A stretch of 63,530 nucleotides of DNA, the filler included, from Octopus bimaculoides (taxonomy: Eukaryota), in assembly GCF_001194135.2 (NCBI RefSeq). It is 7 parts of 7 records of this genome, joined end to end, with 100 filler letters (N's around TTAATTAATTAA, not from the genome) between each part and the next. Parts side by side here need not be neighbours in the genome. Positions count along the whole stretch, not along the records: positions 1 to 16,545 come from NC_068989.1; positions 16,646 to 20,091 come from NC_069007.1; positions 20,192 to 44,616 come from NC_068982.1; 4 more parts are not named here. One strand, given 5' to 3'. This document shows, piece by piece, positions 13,926-26,440 of the stretch. The notes beneath the pieces are model-generated. The model searched no databases, had not been told where the DNA came from, and saw only the letters and a list, made by a program, of their open reading frames with translations. The position numbers were made by a program, and so were the translations under genes. Positions within the stretch are counted from its first letter, which is position 1. Every line of letters begins with the position of its first letter.

Positions 13926-14514
13926 TACTCTTTACTCTTTTACTCTTTTATTTGTTTCAGTCATTTGACTGCGACCATGCTGCAGCACCGCCTTTATAGT
14001 CGAGCAAGTCGACCCCAGGACTTATTCTTTTTAAGCCTAGTACTTATTCTATCGGTCTCTTTTGCTGAACCACTAAGTTACGGGGACGTAAGCACACCAG
14101 TATCGGTTGTCAAGCGATGCTGGGGGGNNNNNNNNNNNNNNNNNNNNNNNNNNNNNNNNNNNNNNNNNNNNNNNNNNNNNNNNNNNNNNNNNNGGGGGGG
14201 GGGGGTAAACAGACACACAAACATATATACGTATATATATATACATATACGACGGGCTTCTTCCAGTTTCCGTCTACCAAATCCACTCACAAGGCTTTGG
14301 TCGGCCCGAGGCCGAAACAAATGAAAGATAAAATATATATATATATATACGACGAGCTTCTTTCAGTTTCCGTCTACCAAATCCGCTCACAAGATTTTGG
14401 TCGGCCCGAGGCTATAGTAGAAGACACTTGCCCAAGGTGCCACGCAGTGGGACTGAACCTGGGACCATTTCGTTGGTAAGTAAGCTACTTACCACACAGC
14501 CACTCCTGCGCCTA
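13926..14514 (-). mobile_element. SINE family AB, near full length with internal partial duplication
   Basis: tRNA-like head ends at 14514 (reverse complement GGCGCAGGAGTGGCTGTGTGGTAAG...GGTTCAGTCC), CTTGGGCAAGTGTC core, TA repeats, then A body and tail at 13926-14127; 14248-14312 is duplicated at 14350-14410. Confidence 0.85.
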
Positions 14515-14929
14515 TGTTATTGTTTCGAATTTATTCCTGAATGTAGAAATTTGTAAGCAAGCGTGAGTATTCAGGTGTGTCCCATTTGGTAGGCAGGTAT
14601 AAGATGTGTCAATAGTTTTAGTTATTTTTGGTTTTAACAGGTTTAATCCTCTACTTTGACAATGTGCAGGCCAAAGGTACTAAGTTTAGTCCAGTATTTA
14701 AAAACATGGTAATTGGATGTGGTAACTTTTTGTAACAGTATTTTATAGGGGTTTACAAAAGAAGGAGAGTAGGTTGTGTGTTTTAGCAGGTCAGTTTCTT
14801 TACTTGTTCTTATTGTTATTTAGGGTATTTCCTGTTTTTATTTGGAAGGTGGAGGTTATTTGTCAGGTATGTCATGCCCTTGTTAGTATAGAACTTTGTT
14901 GATCTTGTGCTTTGCGTCTGTCTTTACGC

Positions 14930-15018
14930 GCGGTATTTCGTCTGTCTTTACATTCTGAGTTCAAATTCCGCCGAGGATGACTTTGTCTTTCAACCTTTCG
15001 GGATCGATAAATTACTTA
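14930..15018 (+). mobile_element. SINE family C fragment
   Basis: CTGAGTTCAAATTCCGCCGAGG B-box and CTTTCAACCTTTCGGGATCGATAAATTA core. Confidence 0.8.
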
Positions 15019-15282
15019 CATGTACGTAAAAGTTGCATACATTTTCTCCGTATCTACTCTGCGATCCGACCTTCGGAGCATTTTCCAACCCATACATGAA
15101 TATAATCCTTTCTAGTTGTTGTATCAACGCCCTCAGGCGAAAAAGTAGGATCTCTCAAGACATACAAATAGAGGTAGTCTGGCCGTGGTAGGAGTGTTGA
15201 GTAGCAGTCAAGTAGCAGTTGTCAGCGGTTGAGTAGAGATCATCCGAAGGTGCTAGATAGCAGTAGCGTTGGGACATAACAC

Positions 15283-15410
15283 TAGTAGAGGCACAAGGCC
15301 TAAAATCTTGGATGAGGACGCTAGTCAGTAACATCGACACCAGTGCACTACTGGTACTTATTTCATCGACTCGGAAAGGATGAAAAGCAAAGTCGGTCTC
15401 GGCATATAAC
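15283..15410 (-). mobile_element. SINE family C, 3' half
   Basis: Reverse complement of the core and the GGCCTTGTGCC tail. Confidence 0.7.
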
Positions 15411-15717
15411 CGAGTATAAAGTACGCATATGACAAGATACCTGTTGATACAGAAACATTAAACACTTGTAAGAGGAAAGCTTTAGCTCGAAATGGAAAAT
15501 TTTTGCAAGAAATTTTAAAACCCTCAAGATAGTGAAAGTATGTGGTATAGTCTGGAGAAATGTTGGCCTGATTCATCGTAGGATTGTGGGTTCAATTCTG
15601 ATACTAGGCAGTGGCTTGAAATATTTGAGCGAGACATATCATCTCCCCTTGTCCAACCCAACTACAGGCATCTATATAAATACAATATCCTTACGTATCC
15701 CACGTCTGTTTTCATTT

Positions 15718-15762
15718 CTGATGAAGGGATATATATATAATATCCCGGAAACAGCTGTAAGC
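15718..15762 (+). ncRNA. Minimal PLE-type hammerhead ribozyme motif (family P2)
   Basis: CTGATGA-A-GGGATAT/ATATCCC stem-G-GAAAC-AGCT-GTA; palindromic helix III (ACAGCTGT); helix I is poor in this copy. Confidence 0.55.
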
Positions 15763-16482
15763 CCTTCTCTTTATAAATGTTTTGAAAATTATTAGCAGCC
15801 TTGGATTTTTGATCACATTCCATTAATATATATATATATATGCATATAAATGTGCGTGCATGCATGCATGTATTTATGTATACAAATATAAATACATAAA
15901 TACATATGTGTGTGTGTTTGTGTGCATGTTTAAGTATGTATATACAGGAAGAGAGAGAGTGAGAGAGGGGGATAGAGAGAATGTGCATATTTGCATACTG
16001 TATTTCCCTGTGTGGATGTCAGCCTGATGCAAGTGAATTCTTCAATTATAATTGCTGGTAATATTTCTACTGAGCAAACTAGAGCAGTTTTAATAATATG
16101 ATTCTATTTTGGGGGAGGTATTTACAAAATATACACTTGTATTCAAATATTAGAATTTTGTACATCGTTTAATTAAATTCCTTGCAATTCACCTTAGATT
16201 TATTTTATACATTTTTTTCTTCGAAATTCAATTCTATTTAATGTTCTTAGACCAACTGCTCTTGACACATACACTTCATATATATGCTAATGGACAAATG
16301 TAGCATTTCCTATTGGTAATTAATGTCATTAATAATATGCTATGCATAATAGATGAAAGTTTTACAGAATATCATTTTATTTTTGAATAATACATACATT
16401 TAAAAAAATTATGATTAAATTTTCATTAAATTTTTTTAAAGAATTAAAATTGAAAACGCTATAATTTAATTTCTGGGTGTTT

Positions 16483-16545
<63 letters not shown>

Positions 16546-16728
16546 NNNNNNNNNNNNNNNNNNNNNNNNNNNNNNNNNNNNNNNNNNNNTTAATTAATTA
16601 ANNNNNNNNNNNNNNNNNNNNNNNNNNNNNNNNNNNNNNNNNNNNGTACGAAGACACTACCGTTAGCAGTCACGCACACACCTACATACATGGTCTCGCT
16701 CTTCCGTTTCCTCCTCCGTTCTTCTTTT

Positions 16729-16870
16729 CCCAAACACATGGTTCCAGGTTCAGTCCCACCGCGTGGCAAATATCTTCTACTATAACCTCGGGACAACCAA
16801 AGCCTTGTGAGTGGATTAGGTAGACGGAATCTGAGAGAAGCCCGTCGCATATATGTAATTATATATATGT

Positions 16871-16908
<38 letters not shown>

Positions 16909-17245
16909 AATAATAAATGAGTATATGCATATATACGTACATATATGAACATACTTACATCTACCTGTATATATAGATGCATATCTGGGTACAGGACATT
17001 ACAAACAAAACGTAGACAAAATGATAAACAGAGTTCAGAAAACACACACGCCACATAGAGAACATTTCCTTCATCAGCTGCCACCATTCTAACACTGGCG
17101 TTTCGAAGAGTTATATATATATATTTATGTGTCTGTGTTTGTCCCACTATCATCACTTGACAATTAATGTTGGTGTATTTCCATCCTCGTAACTTGGCGG
17201 TTCGGCAAAATGACCGATAGAATAGGTACTAGGCTTACTAAGAAT
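16729..17245 (+). mobile_element. SINE family AB with an insertion in the internal microsatellite
   Basis: Head and core at 16729-16850, (TA)n, unrelated insert at about 16980-17110, then A body at 17135-17245. Confidence 0.75.
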
Positions 17246-17975
17246 ATTTATAAATTGTCGCTTCAAATCGGAGAATAAAATATTATTTTGATATATTATT
17301 ATACAGCTATTATTATACTATGAGCCTTCCATAATAGCTTTCTTTCCGTAACTTATAAAGCCTTCCGCGTTTGTTTACAAATATGATATATATATATATA
17401 TATATANNNNNNNNNNNNNNNNNNNNNNNNNNNNNNNNNNNNNNNNNNNNNNNNNNNNNNNNNNNNNNNNNNNNNNNNNNNNNNNNNNNNNNNNNNNNNN
17501 NNNNNNNNNNNNNNNNNNNNNNNNNNNNNNNNNNNNNNNNNNNNNNNNNNNNNNNNNNNNNNNNNNNNNNNNNNNNNNNNNNNNNNNNNNNNNNNNNNNN
17601 NNNNNNNNNNNNNNNNNNNNNNNNNNNNNNNNNNNNNNNNNNNNNNNNNNNNNNNNNNNNNNNNNNNNNNNNNNNNNNNNNNNNNNNNNNNNNNNNNNNN
17701 NNNNNNNNNNNNNNNNNNNNNNNNNNNNNNNNNNNNNNNNNNNNNNNNNNNNNNNNNNNNNNNNNNNNNNNNNNNNNNNNNNNNNNNNNNNNNNNNNNNN
17801 NNNNNNNNNNNNNNNNNNNNNNNNNNNNNNNNNNNNNNNNNNNNNNNNNNNNNNNNNNNNNNNNNNNNNNNNNNNNNNNNNNNNNNNNNNNNNNNNNNNN
17901 NNNNNNNNNNNNNNNNNNNNNNNNNNNNNNNNNNNNNNNNNNNNNNNNNNNNNNNNNNNNNNNNNNNNNNNNNNN

Positions 17976-18045
<70 letters not shown>

Positions 18046-18371
18046 CCTCTCTTTCTTTCTTTTTCTCTCACACTCTCTCACCCTCTCTTTTTATTGTATT
18101 TTGTTTAGGGAAAAACCTTGGAGTGAACGGACGTCGCCTCTAAGTAGTTGTTCGACCTGCTAGACATAATTACTCAATAAATTATTTGTATCACCCGACA
18201 GAGGACCGAACCCAGTTGGGTTAGGCCAACTAGTGGAGGTTTGTCTATAAAAGCTCTCAATCAACTTGTAATGATTAGTCACAATAATTTTTAATTATAG
18301 TCCATTGCCAAATCAAATTAAATGGAAGATCTCATTGGATAACATGGACCTGTGTATAATAGGAAAATTTA

Positions 18372-18950
18372 CACTATGCCTGAATAAAAGCTGGGAAAGC
18401 CACGTTTGGAACGCCTGTTGGTATATGTTTATTCGATCAGAACTTGCCTCAGGCTAGGCGACAAAGAAGAAAGTAAACATTTGAGAATGTAATCCACGAT
18501 ACACAATGCAAGAATAAGAGATAGAGCGGAAGGCATACATATCTAAATACATACAACTCATACATACACACAAAACATGTGTTTATACTTATGCGTATAT
18601 GTACATATGTGTGTGTAATGTTTGTCTGCGTGTGGTATGTATGTATATTAATGAGTGTACACTATGACCGAATAAAAGCTGGAAGAGCCACGACTGGAAC
18701 GCCTTTTGACATATGTTTATTCGATCAGAACTTACTTCAGGCTAAACGATCACGAAAGATGTACACATGGAGAATGTAATCTTCGATATAAAATGCTAGG
18801 ATACAAGATGGTGATAAACACATGCATATCTAAATGCATGCAAAAACATACATATACGCAGTATATGTCTTTATACTTATATGTATATATACATGTGTGT
18901 GTGCGTGTACAGTTTGTCTCTGTGTGGAATGTATGTATATTAATGGGTGT
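18372..18950. repeat. Diverged direct tandem duplication, period 288 bp
   Basis: CACTATG..GAATAAAAGCTGG..ATGTTTATTCGATCAGAACTT..ATGTATATTAATG is present from 18372 and from 18660. Confidence 0.85.
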
Positions 18951-19232
18951 ATGAATATATAGCCGTATAGGTGAGGTGGTGTATTTTGGAGTATATTAAG
19001 ACTTATGCGTATGTGCTTTTGTGTAGATGTGTTTGTTGTTTTGGTTTCACTATAGTTTATTTGGATAGACAGTATTTTGATGTCTTTCGACCTTTTAATC
19101 ATATTTGAAAATGACAATTGTTTAATACTAAGTTTAATCTTTGTATCTCCAGCTGTTTGTTCCCCATTGAATTCATTTTTATTATTCTTATTCTTATTCT
19201 TATTATTATTATTGTTGTTATTATTATTATTA

Positions 19233-19387
19233 TTTTATGTTTGACTCTTGCTTTGCATTTGTACAAGTTGGATCCAAGTCTCACCCAGAGATCTCAAGAG
19301 ACAACAAGTTAGAAGTTCATGTAGGTGTTATGCCTAGGGTACCATATATTTGGATTTGTACATAGTGTTGTTCTGGATCACATAGAC
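19233..19387 (-). mobile_element. TAA-embedded retroelement 3' end, same family as 49366-49568
   Basis: Reverse complement matches 49366-49568 (GTACAAATCCAAATATATGGTACCCTAGGCATAACACC...CAAACATAAAATAATAAT); (TAT)n on both sides. Confidence 0.8.
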
Positions 19388-19402
19388 TTATTATTATTAT
19401 TA

Positions 19403-19467
<65 letters not shown>

Positions 19468-20021
19468 TTTTTATATATTTTTATACCGTCCCTTTTTTAT
19501 TTTCATTTTTATTTAATTCACTTCTTATTCCTTCCTGTCTTATTAATATTGATGGTCAATTCCCCAAACTTAGATTCAGTATCTGATATGAAACATAATA
19601 TATTTATTACTTATATCAATTACTTATATTGCCATACCAAAATAAATTTTATCTAGTTTCGGTATTCCATTTATTGTATATATAAAGAGTAAATTCTGTA
19701 TATATACTTAAAGTGTAAATATTATTGGTATAACCATGATGTTCAGATCTGATGAGCTAGCTTTATTTATCTGCATTGATTTGTATTCCGTCATAATTAG
19801 CATACAGCTTAGTGAATATATGTAAGCGCAATTTATTATGCACTGTAATTATTACTACACGATGAAGTCAACGAAACAGGCGAAATAAAAAGAATAAGTA
19901 GTTAGATAATTATATTCACCTGTCATACCTTTGCTTTCAGCTGCACAAAACTCGTACTGGGCTATTATGTAGTCTGCTAGCCGAGTTCATTAGATGAGCT
20001 TTCCGTGATAGTTACACACAC

Positions 20022-20091
<70 letters not shown>

Positions 20092-20191
20092 NNNNNNNNN
20101 NNNNNNNNNNNNNNNNNNNNNNNNNNNNNNNNNNNTTAATTAATTAANNNNNNNNNNNNNNNNNNNNNNNNNNNNNNNNNNNNNNNNNNNN

Positions 20192-20326
20192 TAGTGTGTG
20201 GTGCAGGGTTGGTGTAATGTGTAGTATTTTGATGTGTTCTGGCGGTGTTGTGTACGGGTGGTTGCTGGTTTTTATGTCTTCGTTTGTTATGTTTGTTTTT
20301 GTGTTGATGTATTCCATCAACTCTGA
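20192..20326 (-). mobile_element. Possible LINE coding fragment
   Basis: Short stop-free complex peptide ELMEYINTKTNITNEDIKTSNHPYTTPPEHIKILHITPTLHHTL between a gap and (GATA)n; no diagnostic motif. Confidence 0.25.
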
Positions 20327-20959
20327 GATAGATAGATAGATAGATAGATAGATACATGCATGCATACATACATACATGCATGCATACATACACACATACG
20401 TACAAATATACATACGTACATACATGCGTACATACATCCAAACATACCTACCTCAAAACATATACATACATACATACATACATACATACGTACGTACGTA
20501 CATGCGTATATGCGTACATGCATACATCCAAACATACATACATACATACATACATACATATGAGTCAATCAACAAACGAAAGTGGTACGCAACACATTTG
20601 GTAGAATCTACATAAATTATTTAATAACAGTCAGGCATCAAGATGTTAATGACTTTAGTTTGTTCTACGAGCCTATGAAATTTTAAGTTGCACGGAACAG
20701 AATTAAACTGTTACTATATAATACATACGGGTGCACATGAATATATATAAATGTTTGCGTAAACGGGAGAAAATGACTTAATACGAATAGACTATGTTTT
20801 TGTTGCTTGAAGAATCGTACTTAGAGGTTCTGTAAAGGATGTCGATTAGTTACGAATGAATGTGTCGTAGGCAGGGGAAGATGGGTAAATAAACAGATAA
20901 ATATTTGAGCAAATAAGCAGGTAAGTAACAACTTGAACGAAATAAAACATTAACACAGA

Positions 20960-21037
<78 letters not shown>

Positions 21038-21441
21038 NNNNNNNNNNNNNNNNNNNNNNNNNNNNNNNNNNNNNNNNNNNNNNNNNNNNNNNNNNNNNNN
21101 NNNNNNNNNNNNNNNNNNNNNNNNNNNNNNNNNNNNNNNNNNNNNNNNNNNNNNNNNNNNNNNNNNNNNNNNNNNNNNNNNNNNNNNNNNNNNNNNNNNN
21201 NNNNNNNNNNNNNNNNNNNNNNNNNNNNNNNNNNNNNNNNNNNNNNNNNNNNNNNNNNNNNNNNNNNNNNNNNNNNNNNNNNNNNNNNNNNNNNNNNNNN
21301 NNNNNNNNNNNNNNNNNNNNNNNNNNNNNNNNNNNNNNNNNNNNNNNNNNNNNNNNNNNNNNNNNNNNNNNNNNNNNNNNNNNNNNNNNNNNNNNNNNNN
21401 NNNNNNNNNNNNNNNNNNNNNNNNNNNNNNNNNNNNNNNNN

Positions 21442-21509
<68 letters not shown>

Positions 21510-21688
21510 TACAAGGATTGTTTTATCACAGAATAACTCAGAAAACTTATAATTGTTTGTATTTCTTAGCATCGAAAATATTCAGGTAACACTTTTATGT
21601 TTTGTTTTTTGTTTCTTTTTATCTTGATCATCTTCGCTTGTATATATTTTAGTTAGAACGACGTAGAACGAAGGTGTAGCGTCTACAC

Positions 21689-21851
21689 CAGTGATTCCTA
21701 AACTTTTCACTATCAAGGACACCTTTATTTAAATGAGTTTTCCCACAGACCCCAGTATATTGAAAGGTCTGTCTGCTTAACATGGTGACGGACCCCCAGT
21801 ACTACCTTTGTGGACCACCAGGGTCCACAGACCACAGGTTGAGAACCATTG
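21689..21851. mobile_element. hAT (Charlie-type) MITE, 163 bp
   Basis: TIRs CAGTGATTCCTAAAC / GGTTGAGAACCATTG; perfect 8-bp TSD GTCTACAC at 21681-21688 and 21852-21859. Confidence 0.9.
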
Positions 21852-22056
21852 GTCTACACCCTCGCTCCATTTTCTGAAATAACTGCTAAATCTTCTTAAC
21901 ATCACAACCTACGGTTTAAATAAAACGTTCGACAACGAAGGCTTTGATATGTATAAAAAGACGAAATAGTTATAGCTAGAACGCTTTCGATCACACGTCT
22001 GCTTCATCAGTATTGGCCATGGGCTTAAGCAATTACAGTAACCCGGTAACTACAGT

Positions 22057-22110
22057 TACAGCATATGTCGGTGTATAAGCCGACTGGGTGCATAAGAAGA
22101 CACCTAAAAT
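22057..22110 (+). mobile_element. Possible Tc2/pogo-like terminal repeat remnant
   Basis: TACAGCATATGTCGGTGTATAAGCCGACTGGGTGCATAAGAAGACACC resembles TA-CCGTATTT..CGGCGTATAAGACGAC-type termini; the partner end is not clear. Confidence 0.3.
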
Positions 22111-22555
22111 GTTCTCTTAAAATGTAAGCTTTGAGATATATTCACCGAGGCTGGTAGAGTGTTGCTGCTTATGACAGGGTGACAACTAGAGCCATTTTAA
22201 GAAACCCTGCCTTTAAATATTTCAAAGTATCAAGAAATGCTAAGTTTATAATGCTTGGTAAATCACAGAGGGTTTTATCTGTAAACAGTGGTAAGACCAT
22301 AAGAGCAATGTGAGTGTTTTAAGCTGGTCTCCCATTGCCGTTGGCAATACTCTAAACCACAATATGTTAAAGTTCGAATTTTATACTCAGTGTTGAAGAC
22401 GACTCCTTGTTTCGGGATGACGTCTTTAAGGTTCAGATTCCGTCCTGCATACTATATATATATAATTTATTAATGAGGGTAGAAATTGATATTAATCAAT
22501 TAAAACCAGTGGTCTAGCATATAAAAAAAATCCGAAGGTTAAAATTATATTATAT

Positions 22556-22683
22556 ACAAAAATAAGAGGAATGACCAGAAAAAGTGGACTTCTATATGCT
22601 AGAAATAGATGCCGAATCATGATTCGGCATCTATTTCTAGCATATAGGAGTCCACTTTTTCTGGTCATTCCTCTTATTTTTGT
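22556..22683. repeat. Spacer-less palindrome, 64-bp arms, 1 mismatch
   Basis: Centre TCA|TGA at 22619/22620; the right arm runs into an N gap. Confidence 0.9.
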
Positions 22684-23279
22684 NNNNNNNNNNNNNNNNN
22701 NNNNNNNNNNNNNNNNNNNNNNNNNNNNNNNNNNNNNNNNNNNNNNNNNNNNNNNNNNNNNNNNNNNNNNNNNNNNNNNNNNNNNNNNNNNNNNNNNNNN
22801 NNNNNNNNNNNNNNNNNNNNNNNNNNNNNNNNNNNNNNNNNNNNNNNNNNNNNNNNNNNNNNNNNNNNNNNNNNNNNNNNNNNNNNNNNNNNNNNNNNNN
22901 NNNNNNNNNNNNNNNNNNNNNNNNNNNNNNNNNNNNNNNATATATATATATATATATATATACAGTATTTTAACTTCCACAATTTTTATCGATTATTTGT
23001 TGCAGACGTAAATCTATGCCAGTATCCTCTTACGCTTGATTTTTGATAACTAAACATCTGTCCATCTGGTTTTCAAAATGTTACTAATAATCCTAGAATT
23101 ATGAGTGTCACACATGAAGTAACACCAAAATTCCTTCCCTCACAACATAAAAAAATATGAGTATAAGGTTATCACACAACTATATTTTTGTATAAAGGCA
23201 ACAATTATCGTGTATTTTTTCATGCATATTATTAAAATGAACGAGCAAATATGAAAGATATGTAGAGTGAATTAATAAT

Positions 23280-23705
23280 TGCTTCAAAATTTGGCAGAAG
23301 GACAGAAATTTTACGGGAAGGGGGCTTGTCGATTACATCGACCGACCATAGTTTAGTACTTTATCTTATCGACCTCGAAAACTGAAAGGCAACAGTATTT
23401 GAACTCAGAACACAAAGACAGAGGAAATACAACTAAGTATTTTGTGCAACGTTCTAACAATTCTTATTTCTTTACTGCCCACAAGGGGCTACACAAAGAG
23501 GGGACGTTGTAACAATTCTGCCTGCTTGTTGCCTGAAACAGTAAATTGGTTTCAAATTTTCGCTCGAGAACAGCAAGTTCGGTGGGAGGAGCTAAGTCGA
23601 TTACATCAACCCCAGCGCTCAACTGGTACTCATTTTAAAAGATGAATTTGAATTCAGGACTAAGAGACGGAAGAAATACCGTTAAGCATTCTGCCCGCTC
23701 ACCAT
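23280..23705 (-). mobile_element. Two degenerate family C SINEs; the first contains a 39-bp C2-tail insertion
   Basis: Reverse-complemented TTTGAACTCAGAAC B-boxes; insert 23465-23503 is flanked by ACGTT(C/G)TAACAATTCT duplicates. Confidence 0.75.
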
Positions 23706-24124
23706 CTTGCTTTAAGCAAATTATTAATGGATAAAGTAAAATATTTGACTCGTAATGACCATGAATTATTGCGGGAGGTTATTATTGGATACATTGATTT
23801 ATAAAATGATCGCACGGCCATAAATTTTTGTCAGAGGAGTTAAGGATTATAGTTGATTATATCATCTACTCAATTTTTCACTGCTATTTTTTTTAATCAA
23901 GTAGGCAAGGCTCCGACCACAGAGAGGTTTGCATTCAGAAAGTAAAGCAAGATAACTAAAAGCCGCAAACCATTTGAATCATTTTATCAATTCGAGCAAT
24001 TTACTGACAACAAGAAAGGAAAATTTCTGATTTTTTATTTCCTTTTGAATGAATTATTGTTTACTGAGTAAATATTTCTCATTTCGCTTTGTTTATTTAA
24101 AACTCAAATATCTTAGAATATCCC

Positions 24125-24325
24125 TTCCACTATAAGCACAACGCCTGAAATTTTTTGGCAGGTGGTGAGTGAAGCCAGTTGATTACATGTAATCGTGTAC
24201 TTATTGCGCTGACCTTGAAATGATGAAAGACCTCACCGAAATTTGAACTCAGAACGTAAAACAAGAAGACATACTGGGAAGCATTTTGTCCGGCGTGCTA
24301 ACGATTCTGCCAACTAGCTGCCTTC
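24125..24325 (-). mobile_element. SINE family C, degenerate
   Basis: Tail GGCACAA-like, core, B-box and GTGCTAACGATTCTGCC head in reverse complement. Confidence 0.7.
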
Positions 24326-24444
24326 TGAATAACTAAACATATACAAACAAAACTTTCACACTTAAATCAGCTTCTATTAAAGCATTTGCGCGTTTATAAC
24401 CGAATTATTTCTCCTTTCTTTATTTTGTAATATTGGACGTATTT

Positions 24445-24640
24445 AAGGTGATGAGCCGGCAGAATCATTAGCACGTCGAGAAAAACGCTTAACTGCATTT
24501 GGTCCATCTTCACGTTCTGAGTTCAAATTCCGCTAAAGTCGATTTTGCTTTTGTCCTTTCGATGCTGAGCGCTGGAATTGATGTAATCTACTTTCCCCTC
24601 TCCTGAACTTGCTGGCCTTGTGCCAAAATTTGAAACCAAT
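24445..24640 (+). mobile_element. SINE family C, full length, degenerate
   Basis: AAGGTGATGAGCCGGCAGAATCATTAGCAC head, GAGTTCAAATTCC B-box, GGCCTTGTGCCAAAATTTGAAACC tail. Confidence 0.8.
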
Positions 24641-24859
24641 ACTGAACGTGTTTCATTTAATGGTGCCAGCAGTGACATACTCTAGACAGACACTCCGCCA
24701 ATTCAACACATAGAATGAAAGAAAGACAATCGGCGAGATTATGAAGAAATTAATGGTAGTCGAATCAACCGAGGAATCTCTCAGCCTGTTAAACACAACA
24801 ATTAAATATATCTTTAAATCACACATTAACGTCTTTAATAAAAATTCCGAGAGGCATTC

Positions 24860-25192
24860 TTTTCTACTCTAGGCACAAGGCCCGAAACTTTTGGGGGAGG
24901 GGGCCAGTCGATTAAATCGACCCCAGTACGCAACTGGTACTTAATTTATCTTATTTCTTATTTCTTTATTGCCCACAAGGGGCTAAACATAGAAAGGACA
25001 AACAAGGACGGACAAATGAATTAGGTCGATTACATCGACCCCAGTGCGTAAGTCGTACTTAATTTATCGACCCCGAAAGGATGAAAGGCAAAATCGACCT
25101 CGGCGGAATTTGAACTCAGAACGTAACGGCAGACGAAATACCGCTAAGCATTTCGCCCGGTGTGCTAACGTTTCTGCCAGCTCGCCGCCTTT
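24860..25192 (-). mobile_element. Family C2 SINE (full) joined to the 3' half of a family C copy
   Basis: C2 runs from head 25192 to its AAGAAATAAG tail at 24951; the C 3' half is at 24860-24950. Confidence 0.85.
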
Positions 25193-25364
25193 TCCTAGAT
25201 ACATTCTGAAAATAAAAGGTACTAAAATACTTTTTATCGTATATTTTCTGGGTCAGGATTCTCGTATAGCTACACATCTGCAGTAACAACTTGCTATGGT
25301 CTGTGTTACTCAAAGAAAGTGGATAAAAATCAACTCAAAACATAATAAGAATATTAAATTGTAA

Positions 25365-26440
25365 TATTAGGTCGTCAAGTATGAAATTTGTAGAAAAAAA
25401 AAGTTTGCTAATGTTTTATAAATACAATGAATAGTTTTATTCATCAAAGTATGCACCCATATTGTCAATACACTTTTACCATTTTAGCGGTAACTTGTCC
25501 AGCCTGTAACTGTAAAAGCCTGGCAATCTAGAGTCAATAAAATCTTGGAAGGCCTGTTTTACCGAATCATCGGAATTGAATTTTTTTCCTATCAAAAAAT
25601 TATCCAAATTCTGGAAGAAGTGGTAGTTAGTGGGGTCAAAATCAAGTGAGTATGGTGGATGATGGAGAACTTCCAACTCCTGTAGTTTTGCCAATATCAT
25701 TTTAGCGGTGTGTGGTTTGGTGTTGTCTCGCAATAAAACAGGAGTGGATGTGTTGACTAATCTAGGCTGTTTTTTTTTTGGGGGGGGGTGTAAGTTTCTA
25801 CATCCTTTGGTCCAGCTGGCTGCAGTATACTTCAGCCGTGATTGATGAGCCAGGTTTAATGAAATCATAATGGATCACACCAAACACACACCATCAGCTT
25901 CTTTTGATGAATTTCGCTTTTTAGACTGTGTTTTGGTGGCTCGTCTTTGTCCAGCCATTGTGCTGCACGTTTACCATTGTTGTATTGGATCCATTTCTCA
26001 TCACATGTTACAATTCGATTGAAAAATGATTAATTTTTGTGATGAGAAAGTAGCAGAATGCAGACTTCCAAACGTTGTTGTTTCTGATTTTCATTGAGTT
26101 CATGTGGAACCCACTTATCCAGCTTTTTCAATTAACCGATTTGAACTAGTTGAGTCAATATTTTTTGCTTGCTAACAGCAAACAACGATAATTTACGGCC
26201 ACTTTAAGATGGATCTGACTCGACGGTGGTTTTCAGTTCGTCATTATCCACCTTTGTTTCTGGTCTACCGCGTTGCACATTTGTGAGGTCAAGGTTATCA
26301 GAACGAAATTTTGCAAGCCAGTTTGATACTGTCTGCTGTGTAATAGCATTAGAATGAAATACTCCTTTAATATTCCAAAGTAATAAGCAGCTTCTTCTCT
26401 GATAAGGCAAATTTTCACAGGAATAATAAGTGTACAATCA
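25365..26440 (-). mobile_element. Decayed mariner (DD34D) transposon related to the 9.8-10.9 kb copy
   Basis: RGRPETKVDNDE, RDNTKPH, HPPYSLDFDPTNYHFF, C-terminal DKLPLKW..KCIDNMGAYFDE; 3' TIR TA-TTAGGTCGTCAAGTATGAAAT from 25365. Confidence 0.95.

Noticed and set aside
14560-14900. Minus-strand LNTGLNLVP resembling a PLE N-terminal motif
   Set aside because: One short motif among multiple stops; not enough to call.
16590-16601. TTAATTAATTAA inside N runs (also 20136, 44661, 56115, 60245, 62239)
   Set aside because: Identical 12-mer with stops in all six frames, centred in fixed-length N runs: an assembly spacer.
17040-17110. Minus-strand GAAAC…CTGATGA as a permuted (type II) hammerhead
   Set aside because: No helix I hairpin and only weak helix II pairing; single copy in this window.
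21975-22020. Minus-strand CTGATGA…GAAAG near 22.0 kb
   Set aside because: The intervening sequence does not form helix II and there is no helix I or III.
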